Assembly: GCA_964348495.1 (NCBI GenBank)
Contig: CAYGCZ010000001.1
Coordinates: 7,951 to 71,950, forward strand
Source: an uncultured Candidatus Saccharibacteria bacterium
Lineage (GTDB): Bacteria > Patescibacteriota > Minisyncoccia > Phycocordibacterales > UBA2135
Direction of reading: 5' to 3'
DNA length: 64,000 nt
A program made the position numbers and the translations under genes. The notes under the pieces are model-generated. The model made no database searches, was not told where the DNA came from, and worked only from the letters and a program-made list of their open reading frames with translations. Shown here piece by piece: positions 59,740 to 64,000 of the stretch; within the stretch, counting starts at the first letter, position 1; each line of letters begins with the position of its first letter.

Positions 59740-61243
59740 TAAGTAATGCGCGGAGACGCGGTCGCACGAGTCTGCGATCTTTGTGAAGTGAGAGGTGTCC
59801 TGTGGGAATCTCCTCCAGACGGATTCCCGTGGAGGCGCAGAATGTCGTTGTTGTATCGGGCGGTATGGTTTTGTCGTAGGTACCCGTTACAATGGAATAT
59901 TTCTTCGCGTTGATTGATTTGTCATCCATGAACCTGGAAAGATCGAGCCACTTGCCGGTTAGTAATTTTTCCCAATCGGTGGTGGTGCAACGATATGCCA
60001 TAGGGAAGGTTGTCTCAAGGTACGCAAAGAGAGTTTCCACTTTTGGTACGTCAGACATTCTCAGGGGAGGTGAGAGGGCGATAACGTGCGCTATTGCCTC
60101 ATCAAAACCGGCACAGAGTGCAACCAGTCCGCCAAAACTTGCTCCAATGACCACAACCTTGTCGTACGCGGCCATGTTTGTGTCGTGAAGAGCAATACCA
60201 TCTTTGAGCCCATGCGCCAAATCTATAACATCGCGTGTCGGATCGTGATCAAGAAACACCCCTGCCGACTCCCATGTTCCTGTAAGTCGTGGAAAAAATG
60301 CGGCATACCCCCACGAGGCGAGGACGGCAAGAAATTCCGAGAGCTCCGGTTTGCGCGGCAACCCGTCCAAGACGATTATTGCCGTTGATGTCGGTTTCTC
60401 GGGGAGGAGGTATTCACAAACAATACCCTTATAGGTCATCCGCGACGGAGAGCGGCTCGTGCCGGGAAGCATTGATTGTGCTGAAAAAAGCGCGACCGTA
60501 TATATTTTTTCATACAGCGCCATAAAGATCGCGATATCATCGGGCGTTCTTTCGGTAAGGATGCGCCAATCTTCCTCATTGAGTACGTCGGGAAAACATC
60601 GTCTGAATACTTTTGATATATCTGAAGTGTTTGCGGTTATTTTTGACAGGTCTTCTCCGATAAGGAGCAGCAGATCAAGCATTACTCGTTCTATGTGTTT
60701 TGCATGATATTCGGGATTTCGATCTTTATTATGTCTCCCACCGCCCAGATACTCTTGTCGCGCTTGAAAGACATATCGTTGTATGCGATTGATCAAACTG
60801 GTAATCACCACGTCTTCACGCGGAGCGTCTTTTGCAAAAGGATTTTTGCCGTAGAGGGGGGTTGCCTCAGCAAGAATATGTATAAAAAACGCACCGTGAG
60901 CATCAAGCGAAAACAAGTCGGGAAAAGAAGATTCTTCAGGATAGAACAGCTGTAGGTCAAGTGTTTGCTCGGAGTATTTTTGTTGTATTGTTTGAAGATC
61001 GGAGAGGTCGTCTAGGGGAGAGGTTTTCTCCTTGATCAATACAACCATATCCAGGTCCCAAAATGTCTCATTAACCCGGGAGCTTCCATAGAGCAATACC
61101 GCGTCGAGGCGAGCACCAAACAACGTCACTATTTCTCGTGATATTTCTTCCGCGATTGTTGGAATTGGGGGCTTGGTAAGCATAGTACGTATGGTACAGT
61201 AAACCCGTTTGTTTTTAAACATTTGATAGATTGCACCAGCCAA
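59726..61243 (-). CDS. Pol-beta-type nucleotidyltransferase domain fused to alpha/beta-hydrolase domain
   Basis: NTase motif LLYGSSRVNETFWDLDMVV (GS...DxD). Hydrolase motifs VVIGASFGG (GxSxG), later Asp, and C-terminal GHLSLH. Confidence 0.7.
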   Translation of the reverse strand: MAGAIYQMFKNKRVYCTIRTMLTKPPIPTIAEEISREIVTLFGARLDAVLLYGSSRVNETFWDLDMVVLIKEKTSPLDDLSDLQTIQQKYSEQTLDLQLFYPEESSFPDLFSLDAHGAFFIHILAEATPLYGKNPFAKDAPREDVVITSLINRIQRYVFQARQEYLGGGRHNKDRNPEYHAKHIERVMLDLLLLIGEDLSKITANTSDISKVFRRCFPDVLNEEDWRILTERTPDDIAIFMALYEKIYTVALFSAQSMLPGTSRSPSRMTYKGIVCEYLLPEKPTSTAIIVLDGLPRKPELSEFLAVLASWGYAAFFPRLTGTWESAGVFLDHDPTRDVIDLAHGLKDGIALHDTNMAAYDKVVVIGASFGGLVALCAGFDEAIAHVIALSPPLRMSDVPKVETLFAYLETTFPMAYRCTTTDWEKLLTGKWLDLSRFMDDKSINAKKYSIVTGTYDKTIPPDTTTTFCASTGIRLEEIPTGHLSLHKDRRLVRPRLRALLSEIG

Positions 61244-61249
61244 GTCAAG

Positions 61250-61337
61250 ATCGGCTCATGGTTCCTCTTACTCATCTTGAGCTTTGCGCTCGTGTCGCTC
61301 ATATATAGGGATACGTTGCGGAGGGGGTAGGGGGGTG
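61250..61337 (+). repeat. 88-bp direct repeat, right copy (orphan duplicate of the DUF817 3' end)
   Basis: Encodes ...IGSWFLLLILSFALVSLIYRDTLRRG* with no upstream gene body. Confidence 0.9.
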
Positions 61338-61358
61338 AATCCTGTCATAGAGTGGCGA

Positions 61359-61829
61359 CTAATTCAGCATCCAAATGGAATAATTGAGATATGCAGCAAA
61401 ACTGACCCAGAGAATATAGGGTACGAGAAGCCATGCGGCAGGTTTTGAGATTTTTGCAAAGGCGATGATCGTGGCGAGGATAGCGAGCCAGAGGAATACG
61501 ATCTCAATAAGCGCACCGACGGGGGAGTGGAGACCAAAAAAGATGATTGACCACAGCGTGTTCAAAACCAACTGACCGAGAAAAATACCGAGTGCAATTT
61601 TTTCATCTCTGCGATCGAGCCCCTTCTTCCAAACGAGGAATGCCGCAATGCCCATAAGCGCAAAGAGTGTCGTCCAGACCGGCCCAAACACCCACGCCGG
61701 AGGATTGAGGATCGGCTTAACTAATGTTGCATACCAACCGGCAATAGACGGCGCGGTAAACACCGAGCCGATGATGCCGGCCAGCTCGGAGACTACAATG
61801 GCGATGATAAGTTTAACTGTAGTGTGCAT
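61359..61829 (-). CDS. tspO: TspO/MBR (tryptophan-rich sensory protein) family
   Basis: WYATLVKPILNPPAWVFGPVWTTLFALMGIAAFLVW with 5 TM segments. The start was taken at ATG 61829. Confidence 0.88.
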   Translation of the reverse strand: MHTTVKLIIAIVVSELAGIIGSVFTAPSIAGWYATLVKPILNPPAWVFGPVWTTLFALMGIAAFLVWKKGLDRRDEKIALGIFLGQLVLNTLWSIIFFGLHSPVGALIEIVFLWLAILATIIAFAKISKPAAWLLVPYILWVSFAAYLNYSIWMLN

Positions 61830-61948
61830 ATAAATAGATACCTTTTTTACTATAAAAAAGTATATCATTTTTTAGTATTCAAAAGTTCATGAGGTCAACT
61901 CAAAACGCATGATAAAACGTGGAGTACAACTTAATAATTGAATAAGAA

Positions 61949-62668
61949 TTATTGCTGATGTTTTTTCCATGATTCAATCTTACTATTGAGGGTTTCAAGA
62001 ATACTATCAAAAATAATATCGGGGGCTTGTGAGGCGTCTATACTGACTATTCTTTCTGTTATTTCAAGTGGTAATCTCTTGCGAGCATTATAAAAAATAT
62101 CATATGAATCTTCTATTAATTTCCTTCTGAATTCAAGTTTAGGATCGGCAGGATCAAGTCTTCCCAATATAACTTCTTTTTCTGCGGTTAATTCAAAAAT
62201 AACATCGGGCAAAATATCGTCGAGGATAATCTTTTCTCCACGCTGGATAGGATAAAGATCTGAAATTAAAAGTATGTCATTAGCTGGATTATCTCTATCT
62301 ATTACAAATGATGCTCTTGATAAAAGAGACCGATCCAGAAGTGCGACTTGCTTATTAAGTACCCGTGCTTTCATTCGCCACTCCTTCATCTCTGTAACAA
62401 GTTTATATGCAGCCTCATGCCATTCTTCTGTGGTGCCTTGCTTACGAATTTTTTTGGCGTTCTCTTGCCACCAGATGTCAAATGGATCACCGTCGTGTGA
62501 ACCAGTGCCTTCTCGAGTACCATCTCCGCGTAACTCAACAAAATCAACATCGAGTTCTTTGAAAACTTTTTTTAGAAGATCTATCTGTGTTCCCTTTCCG
62601 ACACGATTAATACCTTCAAATGCTATGGTAGAAAGATCATTTGATTGATTCCTGAAACTTTCTTTCAT
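61949..62668 (-). CDS. thymidylate-kinase-like (dNMP kinase fold) protein with atypical P-loop
   Basis: AFEGINRVGKGTQ, versus the Tmk consensus IEGIDGAGKST. The gene is AT-rich. Confidence 0.55.
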   Translation of the reverse strand: MKESFRNQSNDLSTIAFEGINRVGKGTQIDLLKKVFKELDVDFVELRGDGTREGTGSHDGDPFDIWWQENAKKIRKQGTTEEWHEAAYKLVTEMKEWRMKARVLNKQVALLDRSLLSRASFVIDRDNPANDILLISDLYPIQRGEKIILDDILPDVIFELTAEKEVILGRLDPADPKLEFRRKLIEDSYDIFYNARKRLPLEITERIVSIDASQAPDIIFDSILETLNSKIESWKKHQQ

Positions 62669-63059
62669 AAGCGTTTTTTATTACATCGGAGGTCTTTGGT
62701 GTGAATTCCATATTTTCCATATTTTCTATAGTCATCCACGAAACTTCCTCCGTATCTTCTAAAGCTTTCGGTTCTCCTGATTCATAATCTGCAGTATAGA
62801 CGATGTAGACCATTCCATATATTTCTTTTTCTTTTATATTATTCTGAATCACGCAAAAGTTTTTTATTTTTATGCCAACCTCTTCCATAACTTCACGCTC
62901 TAACGCAGACTCTAGGTTCTGATCGCTCATATCTACCGTTCCGCCGGGAATACCCCATAATCCAGGAAAAACATCTTCCTTCATTGATCTTTTAACAATA
63001 AGCACCTTATCGTTATTGAAAATTACTACTGATACGTTAACTTTGAAAAATTTTGCCAT
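62637..63059 (-). CDS. NUDIX hydrolase
   Basis: Nudix box GGTVDMSDQNLESALEREVMEEVGI. It overlaps the Tmk-like gene by 32 nt. The start was taken at ATG 63059. Confidence 0.85.
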   Translation of the reverse strand: MAKFFKVNVSVVIFNNDKVLIVKRSMKEDVFPGLWGIPGGTVDMSDQNLESALEREVMEEVGIKIKNFCVIQNNIKEKEIYGMVYIVYTADYESGEPKALEDTEEVSWMTIENMENMEFTPKTSDVIKNAYERKFQESIK

Positions 63060-63063
63060 ACGC

Positions 63064-64000
63064 TTATATTTTAAATGTCTGTTCATTTTCTTCTATTGAA
63101 GATAGAAACATACTTGAAATTATTTTAGTGGTTAATAATTGATTCTCGATAAGAGTATTGCTTTGAGTATCATTTGCAAGGAATTTCTTGAAAATAATAT
63201 ATCGGGAAGTCTCATTCTGACCGAGATATTGAGGTAGGTCGGCATGATACTTATGATATATTTCTTGAACAAAGTTCCTAGTATCGAAAGATTTACCTCC
63301 AATCAACTTATTATTTCTAAAGAGGTTAATCTCTTGATGTTCTATGCCACCTACATCATATTTCGAATGTTCATCAACCCTTGCTGATTGATATGAGTGA
63401 AGCTGAATATTGAATAGCGGACCGATATGTAAATTAATATACTCATGCCTAAGACGACCATTCCCTTTATAGGTGTCCTTAGGAAGATCATACCATGCAC
63501 GACCAGAGAAACCAGACTGGAGCAGGTCTAGGTGTCCGAAAGAAACCACGTTCTCTCTATTGATTGGATATTCGCCATTTCTCAAGAAAAAACGTGTATA
63601 CGAGTCAACTTCGCCCATGTACATATTGGAGGGTTCATCAGTATCCTTTTCGAATAATCGCTTAAAAAGTTCCTTGCCTCCTATCTGCCTATAGTGAGTC
63701 TGTGGTTTTATGAGCTCTGTCCTATTGGAGAGATAAAGCATGGGTAGAATTACTTTATTTGTTTCTATTATCCATGCGACAATATCAATAAAATGATATC
63801 CAGAGTGCATGATTTTCCCATAACCATATTTATAAGGGTGATTCTCTCGAGAAAGATACTCTTCAGGCATATTCCACTGACCATCAGAGTGATGAATGTT
63901 AAAGAATGTGATTGGTATACCGTACTCCTTCACAATCTTAAGAGCTTCTTCGAAGATAAAAATATACGCTGGATGTTCTCGTCGTTGGGCTAAAACATAA
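63064..64000 (-). CDS. hypothetical protein, 5'-truncated by the window edge
   Basis: The reading frame stays open to position 64000; the GTG at 63933 is only an internal candidate start. No family was recognised. The region is AT-rich. Confidence 0.4.
   Translation of the reverse strand, partial: YVLAQRREHPAYIFIFEEALKIVKEYGIPITFFNIHHSDGQWNMPEEYLSRENHPYKYGYGKIMHSGYHFIDIVAWIIETNKVILPMLYLSNRTELIKPQTHYRQIGGKELFKRLFEKDTDEPSNMYMGEVDSYTRFFLRNGEYPINRENVVSFGHLDLLQSGFSGRAWYDLPKDTYKGNGRLRHEYINLHIGPLFNIQLHSYQSARVDEHSKYDVGGIEHQEINLFRNNKLIGGKSFDTRNFVQEIYHKYHADLPQYLGQNETSRYIIFKKFLANDTQSNTLIENQLLTTKIISSMFLSSIEENEQTFKI

Larger units (their letters stand above)
58601..61249. mobile_element. 2.65-kb insertion or island bounded by 88-bp direct repeats, lower GC, two cargo genes
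   Basis: The direct repeats duplicate a gene 3' end, as at an att site. No integrase is present within the segment. Confidence 0.45.

Overview
High-GC (about 58-60%) bacterial chromosome segment with short intergenic spacers, many small secreted or membrane proteins, and lower-GC accessory patches. The gene content suggests a reduced-genome, possibly CPR/Patescibacteria-like organism, but this is inference only. The first ~17 kb is a housekeeping block: rpsP, a KH-domain gene and trmD, then rpoB and rpoC, then dnaG, rpoD, a second sigma-70 paralog and a UvrD-type helicase fused to a Cas4/AddB-like Fe-S nuclease domain. A cluster of small elements follows: a PaaX-like winged-helix/Cas2-fold gene bracketed by perfect palindromes, a CDF transporter, a DsbA-like oxidoreductase, and a TetR gene next to an ATP-cone/Mrr-type nuclease fusion. 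A large type IV pilus/pseudopilus locus spans 22.1-34.0 kb, with a receiver domain, PilB, PilC, pseudopilins, a 1,312-aa pilin-like protein made of Ycf48/BNR-type beta-propeller repeats, PilM, and three tandem pilin paralogs. After that come zur-znuACB, an HTH-Panacea (DUF4065) antitoxin-like gene overlapping a small unknown partner, cysS, truB, cspA, a DEAD-box helicase, and a KaiC-based signalling cluster (membrane protein, KaiC, degenerate KaiC-like domain, PAS histidine kinase). The last ~12 kb is accessory and lower in GC. It holds two copies of a cassette made of a membrane-anchored protein and an M23 peptidase sharing a conserved structured 5' leader, a 27-aa Cys/Gly-rich peptide gene with promoter, RBS and terminator, and an S9 peptidase. 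It also holds a 2.6-kb insertion bounded by 88-bp direct repeats that duplicate the 3' end of a DUF817 membrane gene; the insertion carries a nucleotidyltransferase/alpha-beta-hydrolase fusion and an unknown protein. A TspO gene and an AT-rich Tmk-like/Nudix/unknown operon running off the window edge complete the region. Two non-coding repeat families occur twice each: repeat A, about 167 bp with 17-bp terminal inverted repeats, and repeat B, about 123 bp. A family of perfect 34-44-bp palindromes has three copies, one inside truB, and there is an additional 63-bp palindrome. No rRNA, tRNA or CRISPR array was found.
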